A DNA stretch of 64,000 bases from Guillardia theta CCMP2712 (taxonomy: Eukaryota > Protista > Cryptophyta), in NCBI RefSeq assembly GCF_000315625.1, contig NW_005434586.1, forward strand, positions 238,604 through 302,603. The letters run 5' to 3'. This document shows positions 11,160 through 21,191 of the stretch, in pieces. How positions within the stretch are numbered: the first letter of the stretch is position 1; every line of letters begins with the position of its first letter. The position numbers and the translations under genes are program-made. Under the pieces are notes generated by a model. It did not search any database and had not been told where the DNA came from. It saw only the letters and a program-made list of their open reading frames with translations.

Positions 11160-12550
11160 TCACGTGGGCACCGGGTAACTGCGGCTCTAGGGAATCTTCC
11201 CGGTCCCGCGGCCGTCAGCAATAAACGTGACATGACCCACTGACTGCGGCGCGGCCGCGGCTGGCAGGCGCGGCATACAGTACTGCGAAGGTACTCCGGT
11301 ACCGTCGACGGTACTAAAGTACTACGGTCGTACCGTGACTCAGTCACGTACCGTCCCGTCACGGCGTCAGTGACCCGGACTGAGACTCGCTGTCCGACCG
11401 TACCGTACGACTGACTCAGCTGACTCGGCGCCACTCACGGCGGCCGGGCGGCGTCAGTCACCGTACGTATGCTGAGGCGGCGCGGCGACCGCCGGGGGCA
11501 CCGTCCGGCGAGCGAGCGGCTGCCACGGCACGGCGGTACGGTCCGACAACATGATCCAGGGCCGGCCGCGCGGCGAATCGGCGGAACCGTTGAACGCCGA
11601 GTCAGTCCGATCGGTCACTGACGGTACCCGGTAGTACTACGAGTCCGTACGGTCCGATCCTGCCGCCAGTCCGGCCCGGAGTCCGGTCCGGTACCGTACC
11701 GTAGTACGGTCCGGTACCGTACCGTAGTACCGTAAGTAAGGTCCGAGTCACGTTGGGCCGCGCCGCGGCTCCGGCTGGCAGCGGCTCCCGGACCGTACGT
11801 AGTACTACCGTCACCCGTGACGGTGACGGTGAGCGGCGGCGGGCCGGGCCCGGCGCCGCAAGGCGGGAAACTGTCCGGGAGCTATGCCAGGCTAGTTCCG
11901 AAACCGTCGGACGGTCTTGAACTTCGGACTCCGAACGCCGCCGGGCGGCAAGTCACGCCCGCGGCCGTTGCCGGGCACGGTGCCGGCCCGTCACCCTGAC
12001 TGTGACCCGATCGGACCGCGGCCGGCCCGCCGCGGGTCGCTGCCCGGCCCGGGCCCGGCCCGCCGGCTGCGCCGCGGCCGCCGGGGCGGGACCGTCCCCG
12101 GAGCCCGGCGGTGGCGGCCAACTTAAGTTCAAAATCAGTGACGAGGACAATCAGGAGAGTCCGATCGTCATCATCTGAGGCCCGAGGAGGCTTGACCCTG
12201 ACTCGTGACACTGAGTCGCACAGGCCAAACGGCAGTCACCCGTTGAACCCGTGACCCGGGCCGCAGCCTGTGAACGACCCGGTGTTGAACTACAGCCGGG
12301 CTTGCGTAAAGAACTTTCGAACCCGGGCCCGGGTTCGAAAGTTCAGGCTTGTCCGCAAGCGGCTTGCGGACAGTGCCGGGCGGCCGCGCCAACTTGCTAC
12401 TATAGAAACTTGAATTGACTAGGCCTTGCCAAGTTAAGTGTACACAGTGCTGTTGCTTTTTGCTACTCACTGAGTACTGCCTGCCGGCCTCTGGCCGCCC
12501 GGCATTCTGGAACCGTTGAAGATTGAGTGAGGCTGTCTGTAAGGCTGGAG
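11160..12550. promoter_or_regulatory. Large GC/CpG island between divergent copies 1 and 2
   Basis: About 1.4 kb of GTAC/CCGG/GGCC-rich DNA with direct repeats (GGTCCGGTACCGTACCGTAGTAC x2) and perfect palindromes at 12311-12372. Confidence 0.5.
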
Positions 12551-12554
12551 TCAC

Positions 12555-12965
12555 ATGACTCTGTTGCTGACAGTCCTCCAGGCACGTGGGCAAGTCCCAA
12601 ACAAGCAACGTTTCTTCCGGATAGAGTTTCAGTTTACTACGGGCATCCTGACCCTTTTTCTCTCCTGTAGTGACTCCGACGGTCGACATCCATCGCCCAT
12701 GCTCGACACTCCTTCCTGCTCCTCCTGCTCCTCCTGCTCCTCCTGCTCCTCCTGCTCCTCCTGCTCCTCCTGCTCCTCCTGCTCCTCCTGCCCTCCCCCG
12801 CCCCCCTTCAGCCTCAGCCCCGAGACATGGAAGAGCTTCTCCCTGGACAAGCGACGGAGACTCTCGTGCCTGGCTAACTCCATCGCGCTGGTGCAGAAGA
12901 GGATGGAGCAGAGGCACCTAGGCGAGCTTGCGGAGCTGCCAAGCATTCCACGACGAGGAAACTAA
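12555..12965 (+). CDS. Small uncharacterised protein, family copy 2 (start uncertain)
   Basis: Near-identical inverted duplicate of copy 1 over about 175 bp, with an expanded 9-bp (CTCCTCCTG) repeat encoding SSC linkers. Confidence 0.5.
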   Translation: MTLLLTVLQARGQVPNKQRFFRIEFQFTTGILTLFLSCSDSDGRHPSPMLDTPSCSSCSSCSSCSSCSSCSSCSSCSSCPPPPPFSLSPETWKSFSLDKRRRLSCLANSIALVQKRMEQRHLGELAELPSIPRRGN

Positions 12966-13425
12966 CGAGCCGGAAACTTGGCCGACCAGAAAATTTGTAG
13001 ACTAGCATGTAAAATAGTGATACGAGTAAATTCCAATGCCAATTGAAAGTATGGTTCAAGATTCGAAAGGTCTACGTATGATTGTAAATAGTTGATGTAA
13101 GGGCCAGGACACGTATAATGGGTGAAAGGCTGGCCCACGACAACAGTACCAAGAACATGGTGGAACCAAGGAGCGCTCTATACATGTAGTTCTCCATGTC
13201 CACTTATCGTTTCAAGGTTGTTGAGCGATTGTACAAGATTCGATTGAGCGACTGATGAAAAACGTGGGCACAATCAGCCGGGGTTCAACGACCTGAGGGC
13301 CCTGTCCAAGAAGTTGTCCAAGAGTTTAACGGATTCCCGAGACAACATTCTACATGTCGCTTTACAACAAGTCCACTCACAGCCTACACAGCTAATGCAG
13401 TCGTCAAAGTTCTCGTCCCCCCTCA

Positions 13426-14505
13426 CTAGTGCGCCTTCCCGCACTTCATGAGCTTGTCGGAGAGGTTTGCAACATCGTCAAAATCATCCACCTTTACCAC
13501 CCAGGATGGGGGGATGGATTCGCCTCCACTAGCTGCAGCCATGCAAGCTCCTATGAAGCACCCACGGGAACACTGATCGCCACTCGCCATGATGTTTGTG
13601 CGGATCGCTTCTTGGTACGTCTTGGAGTTGAGCATCACGTGGACGGAGACGAGGAACGCGCCAGGGAGCCGGCAGCTGCTGCCCCAGTGGGAGGCAGCCT
13701 CGACTGCGTCGTGAGCAGCAGCATAGCTTATGGCTTCCCGCAGCTTCAGCCGCGCCTCGTTAGCAAGCGGGGACGAGTCGTTGGAGGCCCACTCTACGGC
13801 TTCCCTGGGAGTGCCCCCTGTCGTGAGGATACGATGCAGTATGTGAGCGCTTGCGATGCCATACATCACGGCAACGTCGTTGTTCTGGTGAGATCGGATC
13901 ACCTCCTCCACCCTCGCTGGCCAGTTGTCTTCGCCCAGAAACCTCGCGACGGCCACAGGGACCTTGACCAACGAGTTTGCTTGCGCGTCGTCGGCTCCAC
14001 ATGCAGGAAATTTCTTGCCCTGCTCTATGTTCGCAATGAGCTCTTTGCTAGCATGATTCAGCCTTCCTGAATACGCCTTGAGGTACTTGGCATATCCTTC
14101 GGAAAACGTTTGAGGATCAAAAGGCTCAACAGAGGTCAAGCCTTGCAGCACGCCCATACACTCTGCTCCGTAGGGGCTGAACTGACCGGACTTGTAGCTA
14201 TAGAACGGACAGCTAGGAGGCTCGAAGAAGGCAGCGTCTTTCTGCTGGGCGCCATCCTTGCCAGTCAGCTCTTTAATCTTGTTTGCGTCGTAGATCCAAT
14301 GCAGGCCCATCGACGCTGCATCGGCAACAAACGCTCCTTTCATGGCGTTGACTGCCCTCATTCCTACGGCATCCTCGATGGAGCAACGATCCGCCATCGC
14401 CATGTTCATTCCTCCTCCGCTCAGCCTCCCCACCATCCCCACCGCCAGGAGCCGTGCTAGCGTAAGCATGTTTGTGATGCTGGAGGAAAATTTCATCCCC
14501 CTCAT
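13426..14505 (-). CDS. ADP-ribosylglycohydrolase superfamily protein, SelJ/J1-crystallin-like, intronless
   Basis: GAFVADAASMGLHWIYD, PFYSYKSGQFSPYG, VIRSHQNND, SCRLPGAF, AIRTNIMASGDQCSRGCFIGACMAA. The true start may be one of several downstream Met codons. Confidence 0.85.
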   Translation of the reverse strand: MRGMKFSSSITNMLTLARLLAVGMVGRLSGGGMNMAMADRCSIEDAVGMRAVNAMKGAFVADAASMGLHWIYDANKIKELTGKDGAQQKDAAFFEPPSCPFYSYKSGQFSPYGAECMGVLQGLTSVEPFDPQTFSEGYAKYLKAYSGRLNHASKELIANIEQGKKFPACGADDAQANSLVKVPVAVARFLGEDNWPARVEEVIRSHQNNDVAVMYGIASAHILHRILTTGGTPREAVEWASNDSSPLANEARLKLREAISYAAAHDAVEAASHWGSSCRLPGAFLVSVHVMLNSKTYQEAIRTNIMASGDQCSRGCFIGACMAAASGGESIPPSWVVKVDDFDDVANLSDKLMKCGKAH

Positions 14506-14996
14506 TCACTTGTATCCCTTCTTCATGTGCCCCGACTCCCCTTGCAAAGAGGGGTGGGGGGTTAATTGGATCCTGGAAGAATGTGGGTAGTCTGAATGAA
14601 ATTTGAAGGGTAGGGTCAAAGTTTGAAGGGGTGGGGGGTGAGGAAAGGCATGTTGCAGGAGCGTCCTAACCCAATGGAGGAGACGAAGAGAGGAGAGGAG
14701 GAGAGGAGGAGAGAGGTAGAGAGGTAGAGGAGGTAGAGGAGGTAGAGGAGGTAGAGGAGGTAGAGGAGGTAGAGGAGGTAGAGGAGAGGAAAGGAAGGAT
14801 AGGAAGGATAGGAAGTCGGAATGGAGTGGAGGGAGTGAAGGGAGAGGGGAGGAGAAGTTGAGAAGATAGATGAAAACCCAAGAGGGAAGGAGGAGAGCAC
14901 GAAAGAGATGAGGAGTATTAAGGCGGTATATTAAGCCCTTCCTAGCATTGACTTTTATTCCCCCCAGCAAACAGGCCCTTCAACGTTATTTCCACC

Positions 14997-16211
14997 ATGC
15001 CGCACTGCCGATTGCCCGTCTCATCTCTGGTCCTTGCCGCCTTCTTCTCAGAGATGACGGACAGCTTCGTGTTGAACTCCCTGCCCGCTACTGGTCCATC
15101 TGCCGGGCGGCGACCTTACACTTGCAGGACAGCAAGCACAAGGGTGACTACTCGCTGCTGCACGGGAGACAGCGACGAGGTGAGCATTTCCCTCCGACCG
15201 AGCAAGAGGGAAAACACCCTCCCTTCAGGTCCGAGCAAGAGAGGGAACTGACAGGGAGCATGACGATGATTGTTTGTCAGCTGCCATGCCCTGCATCTCC
15301 GTGCTGCCGGACCGGCTCATCCTCCCCGGGCAGAAGAAACAGATCCACGTCTACGATCAGAACAACATTGAGGTGCTCAACACAGCGATGAGGGTCAAGG
15401 ACGGCTACTTGTGCCATGTTGTCGTCGACCCAGCTGCACTCGTTCGTTATCTTGTCCTGCTCCTGCTGAGAGGCTGACAAAGGTGACGTGGCAGGCGGAG
15501 AGAAGATTCGCACTGTGTGAGTTCGGAGTTCTTCTCAAGGTACTGTCGACGTCTCCGAGTATTCATCGCAACAAGTATGGAGAGCGATCTGACAGCATCA
15601 GGGCCGAAGTTGCTGGGCTGAGGTGAGGAGGAGGGTTGTTGTACCGAGATGAGAGTGTTTGTCTATGTGATGTCTTTGACTTTATCATCAATGTACAGAA
15701 GTTTGGACGGTGATCACGTGTGTGGAGAAATGTTCGAGATGGTTGTGATGAATGTTTTGTCAGAAATGTTATTGTGTTGTTTGCAAACTTTGATGTCATG
15801 GTTACCATCGTACCTTGCAGGAGGGTCCGCGTTCATGAAGTGTTTCAGAAGGAGCCTTTCCTTGCTGCCAACACCACAGACACGGTCATGATAACGCAGG
15901 GAGAGGACAGTCAAGTCGACCCCTCGCTACTCGATGCTCTCAACAACTGCAAGAGGCTGAGAAGCGAGCTTTCGCTGGACTCAAGGTAGAGTTTGCGTCC
16001 TCCATATGTCTGCTGAGTCTGTGTTGGGGCAGGGGTGAAGCTGGAGAAGGAGATGAGAGGAGGGCAGAGCTACAGAGCGTGTCGGTTGTGGAAGATGCAT
16101 GCTGGATTTGCAGCCTGTTGGAGGAGGAGGGGCAAGAGGTGCAGCAGCAGCTGTTGTTGTGAATGGAAATGATGGTTATTGTGGTGATGGTGGTGGTAAT
16201 GAGATGATAGA

Positions 16212-16254
<43 letters not shown>

Positions 16255-16612
16255 TTGATGATGATGATGATGATGTTGATGATGATGATGTTGATGATGA
16301 TGATGACAACCACGATGACGAGGGTTGTGGTGCTGACGATGACAATTACGTTCACGAGTGCCAATAGTTTGACTCGTTTGCAGTTGACCTCAACAGAGAA
16401 GATCGGTCTGTTTGGGTTGGCGTCTTTGAGGGACTCTGATGGTAGCAAGAAGCTAGAGACCCTTATGGAGGTAGAGGCTTGCCCGTTTTTATTTGACCTC
16501 ACTCGATGTTTATCAGCCCGACTGCCTCAGCCTTGTCAGCGCCGGGGAGAAAATCATCCGAGACGCCAACAATCAATTGTCCGCGATGAAGTCTCTTCGA
16601 GACGCGCTGTAA
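14997..16612 (+). CDS. Lon protease N-terminal (substrate-binding) domain protein, probably plastid-targeted, multi-exon
   Basis: Signal peptide then TDS-F. MPCISVLPDRLILPGQKKQIHVYD, EFGVLLKV, IRAEVAGLR/RVRVHEVFQKEPFLAA; ends LSAMKSLRDAL*. Confidence 0.65.
16211..16305. repeat. (GAT)n microsatellite, intronic
   Basis: Directly visible tandem ATG/GAT run with a few GTT interruptions. Confidence 0.9.
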
Positions 16613-17120
16613 GGGAGACGACGGATGGATGAGGAGAGGAGGAGAAGGGAGGAGGACAAGGAAGGGAGGGGAGGAAGGGAGGGAAGCTGAAAGAGCCGCG
16701 TTATATCTCGTCCTCAACGTGTGAGGGTGTGAAAGAGATGAAGATGGAGAGCTTTGAGGGGAGAAGAATGGCAGCAACAGGAGGAGGAGGAGGAGGAGGT
16801 AAGAGATACAATGATAGCCGACGATTGCAAGGGGGGGGAGGAGGGAGAGGGCGATATACAGTTTCATACACAGAGGAGGGAGTAGGTAACGAGTAAGTTA
16901 TTTCAAGTTATACAGAGTGAACTCGCTAAGATCACAACAACGTACAAGAGATTCTCATGCGATCCCTCGAAGACAGGAGCTGGCCTCACTTGTGGAGCCT
17001 TGGTATGTTGTGTGCATGATGACAATAACGACGACAAGAACATCAACAACATCATCATCGTCAACGTCATCATCATAGTGTGGCAATGATGACAGCAGCG
17101 TTCAAGCTCGATTCCGACCC

Positions 17121-20100
17121 TCATGGTTTCGCGTTCGCCACCCGGGAGGTCGGGCGGGAGCCTTCCACGATTCCTCGGAGCTTCTTCTGCTCGAGCATGA
17201 CCGCGCTTGTCCTCTCCAGCAGCTTCATCAGCAGGTGCGAGATCTGCCATGCATGCGTCAGGACGAGGTTGCCCCAGCGCTTCCCTCCACCTCCTCGTTG
17301 GTGCCCTGGTCCTGGTTGCCGTCCAGCTTCTTGTCGTGATCCTGGACTGCCGAGAGCTCCTGCAAGCTCATGTGAGCACGGGAGTGGAGGAGGGAGGAGG
17401 GAGGAGGGAGGAGGGAGGAGGGAGGAGGGAGGAGGGAGGAGGGAGGAGGGAGGAGCTTAGTTGGCTGACCATCTCGTTCTCTCCTGTTGTGTCCGCAATG
17501 TCCAGGAATTGTGACAACCGCGAGATGCCCATGACCTGTTAGGAACAATGTCAAACACCTCCTCCTCCTCCTCCTCCTCCTCCTTCTCTCTGCTACTACC
17601 TCCTTCTCTCCGCCACTACCTCCTGCCCTCCACCGTCTCCCCCCCTCTCGCCTATCCTCCTCCTCGAGGGAAGCACATGTCCCCGACCTCGAACGCGTCG
17701 TGGTCTGTCTCCCAGATGATGCGGAGCTCCGACTCGTTGAGGAGCGAGTCGTCCTAGAGCAGAGAATCATGTGACCCTCCGCAAATGAGCGCGCGAGTCA
17801 CGAGACCTTCTGTTTCTCGACGACGTTCTTCTTCTTGCCGCTTCCGAAGATCATCTTGAGCAAGCTCCTGGCGCCCTTTCTTGCTACCCATCGGACCTGA
17901 AGTAGGAGACAGCTTAGATGAGGGTAGGGGAGGGTAGGGGAGGGGGGGACGAGAAGAGGAGGGAGAAGAAGAGGGGGAGGGGAGGGGAGGAGAGGGGAGG
18001 AGAGGGGAGGAGAGGCAGAGTAGGGGAGGGGAGGAACATGGGACGTGAAGAAACGAGGAGAAGGCAAGCGCAGAGGATAAAAGAAGGGGGCGAGATGAGG
18101 AGCAGAGCTTGTTTACCGACGACGAAACTTCCGACTGATCTTTCTCCATCCTCTCACAAACATGGCTATAGCCACACTTGTCACGCACCAGCCTCTTGAT
18201 ACAGCAGAGGCTCTTCAGACCTGTAGGTCTGCACGATGATGGCGAGGAACATGTTGAGGAGGACCAGAGCCATGAGCACGACGAAGCTGACAAAGAGAAG
18301 AGGCCCCAGCACCTGATCATTCTCGTCAGGGGTGAGCCCGAGTTGCGGGCATCTCACCTTGTTGTACTGGACAAGTTCTTGTAAATTCCCTCCTCCCATC
18401 AGGATGTCGAAGAGGGAAAGGCATGTCATGCCCATGGTGCGGAAGCGGTAGAGGTCCTGCCCGAAGGCGGCAAAGAAGGCGATGGAGAAGCCGGCTGGGA
18501 GTGAAAGTCAAGAGGAGTAGGGGAGGGGCAGCCAGGGCAGACCGTAGAAGATGCCGAAGATGACGAGAAGGGCAGCGACGCTGAGGGTCAAGGAAGGTCA
18601 GAGGAGGCGACTGGCAAAGCTCAGGGGGACCTGGAGGCGCATGCAGAGAGCGTAGCAGTGATCCTCTCAGTGCGGTCAGAGATAAGGTCCATGTACTGTT
18701 AGGGTGCAGTCAGGAGAAGAGGAGCTAGGTGGGGGAGAGAGGAGGAGAGAGAGGGAAGGAAAAGAAGAGAGTGAAGAGAAGAGAAGGAACGAGGGAAGGC
18801 AATGAAGAAGAGAGGAGGAAAGGAAGAAGAGGAGGGAGGAGGAAACAAAGAAAGGAAGGAGGGAAGGGTTACCTTCAAGCATCTCAACCAGGCCAAGAAA
18901 GCGTTGAAAGCGTTGAAGTTGTAGACGAGCTTTGCAATGTAGGCGGTCTGGTGGATCTTCACCGCAATTGCAGGGTCGTTCTGTTTTGCTTCATCACAAG
19001 TTTGCGATGAGAGAACCGGCGGGTCTTACCACGTTGGAAGTCTTGGACAGAATCTTGGAGGAAGTCGTAAGGGAGTTGAGGTCAAGGATGTAAACGATGA
19101 AGAAGAAGATGATGTTGATGACTGTGATGAGGTTGTAGCCGTCCTTGAGAAAGTCCCTCCCGTGCTTGAGGACCATAAGGATCTCTGCTACGGTCATCAC
19201 GATCACCATGCCGAAAACAAGGTAGAAGAGCGCCGTCGCTTGCTGCAGAAAGGATGAGAAGAATGGATGCCGTCGGGTCTCTTCGTACCTGCGAGCTCTT
19301 GCGACCTTGAGGATAGAGGTCGACCACGCGCAAGGCTGTGGAAGGAACCATCCCACCACTCGGCGGGATTTCAACAGCCAGCAGGGTGCTGAGGAACAAG
19401 TTGGAGTTGGGGTTGTACAGGACGAACTCAAAGAACACAGCCCTCGTGAAGTTGTCATTCAGCCACTCATATTTCTGCATGTCTTTCAGGAGCAGCAGTG
19501 TGTCCGACTTCCTGACTGGCAACTCGACCTCGTACCCTCCACCCCCGTACGTTGTCCCAGCAAACGAGTCGATAGGCACCCACCCGTACCCGGGGTTGTA
19601 CGAAGTCCAGTTGCGACAGTCCGTCAGAGTCGGTGACATCCTTGCGCACTCTCCATACAGCGGCCACGAGGTCCCTGGAGGATTCTTCCTCCTCTCCATG
19701 GTAGCGTCTGAGTATTCGTTGTAGCAGTTCGAACCCCGGTACGCCAGGGCCGGTGGCATCTTGCACTGAAGTTCCATCACCCGAGCCTGTCGGATGCGAA
19801 TGGGGCCGATGAACTGGTTGTTCCCCAGGATCGGGTACCTGAGGTCGTTCCCCTGGGACCAAATGACCCTCTCCACAAGTACTTCATTGATCCAGAACCA
19901 GAGCTCGGATATGGTTGCAACAGTATCGAACGTCTTGCCAGGGAGCGAAGGGATTTCAGTCCCTATGAGATATTCTCTGACTCCTTGTGCATGGTTGAAA
20001 GCCTTGGAGGTGTCTCGAGCTGCTATGATGACGTAGGAGAAGATGATGGTGAAACCGATGTACAAGACACATTCCACAAGTCGAGCTCGTCGAGCTTGTT

Positions 20101-20269
20101 TCAGTGCGAGATATTTTTCTGTCCTGAGTGCCAAGAAGGTGATAGCTGAATTCCTGACGCGGTTCCATTTCTCCTTGGTCTCGTTGATGAATGCTGGGTC
20201 CTCTGAAGGCGAAAACTTATCACTTGAACGTCAGGAGTCAGGCTTCAAAGTACCTTGAGGCGCGCTCAT
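17121..20269 (-). CDS. Polycystin-2 (TRPP/PKD2)-type cation channel, multi-exon
   Basis: S1 helix. TOP domain NQFIGPIRIRQARV, YGGGGYEVEL, WLNDNFTRAVFFEFVLYNPNSNLF. Pore region FGQDLYRFRTMGMTCLSLFDILMG. S6 LGPLLFVSFVVLMALVLLNMFLAIIVQTY. Start MSAPQ at 20269 splices in frame. Confidence 0.85.
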
Positions 20270-20547
20270 GGCTCTTGCGTTCTTACCAGCTCCTTTTCAA
20301 CGCCTACAAAGCAACCCTTCAGCTATGCGCGAGCAACCACTCTTCGACAGCAATCCCAAGTTCAACTACAGATTGGAAATGGCTCAAGATCATAACTTGA
20401 TTATGGTAGGAGGAGGCGTCATGGTGAAGGGACTGGCACGGTCGGAGCAAGCAAAGAATGTAGACAGTTGCAATGAGGTTGGTAGAGGGGCTTGAGGGGT
20501 CGAGGTGGAGCGGATGACCGGGGATTGCAGGAGGAAGATGAGAAAGC

Positions 20548-20591
<44 letters not shown>

Positions 20592-20787
20592 GGGAGGAGG
20601 AGGAGGAGGAGGAGTCCTCTGGAGCAGGGAGCCTTGAGGAAGGGTCTTCCTACCTCTCGCTCACTGCATTTGACAGCCGCGGCTAACCGCCGCACTGGGG
20701 TAGACTTTATCTCATCTCTTCGTCAACCGATGTAACCGTATGTAACGGTGTCGGTAAAGCCTGCCGGCCAGCCAACTGAATACTTTT

Positions 20788-20817
20788 GTACTGATTTTTA
20801 ACTTAACTTTGAGTAAA
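20788..20817 (-). promoter_or_regulatory. Conserved 30-bp motif (sense TTTACTCAAAGTTAAGTTAAAAATCAGTAC), copy A
   Basis: Recurs at 27181-27210 (1 mismatch) and 57226-57260 (5-nt insertion); partial second copy at 20848-20861. Confidence 0.5.
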
Positions 20818-21191
20818 GAATACTGAGGGTGGGCTTTTTACCTTAAGTAACTTTGAGTAAAGGCTGGGGCCGCCGGTTGGGTCCAAGGATGCCGCAGTCA
20901 CACGCCGGGCCCGGGGGCCGCCCGGCGCCGCACTGCAGCTCTATGCCGTCCAGCCCAGCTGCTTGCCGCCACACTGAGTTCTCCGGTCCAGGCTGGCGTT
21001 TCAAAAGTGTATAAAGTTTATGTAAGTTCAATGAAGTAAAATAGCTACGGGTTTTCCAAACCAAACCAGATAACAGCATCACACCATGACGGAGGTCACA
21101 CTCTAGGCGAGCAAGAGGAGAGTCGAGTTGTAGTATGTTCAGGAGTGAAGAGCAGCAACTACCTGCTGCTAGGGAAGCGCTCGAGGCAGTT

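Noticed and set aside
12330-12345. GGTTCGAA as a tRNA T-loop / B-box
   Set aside because: It is one arm of a perfect palindrome; no cloverleaf or acceptor stem could be built.
17387-17455. (GGAGGGA)n and (GGAGA)n tracts, also at 8265, 33362, 60915 and 61376
   Set aside because: Ordinary intronic or UTR simple repeats, ubiquitous in this window.
20268-20495. Plus-strand 75-aa ORF abutting the PKD2-like start
   Set aside because: No homology or splice support visible; it overlaps the likely 5' UTR of the minus-strand gene.
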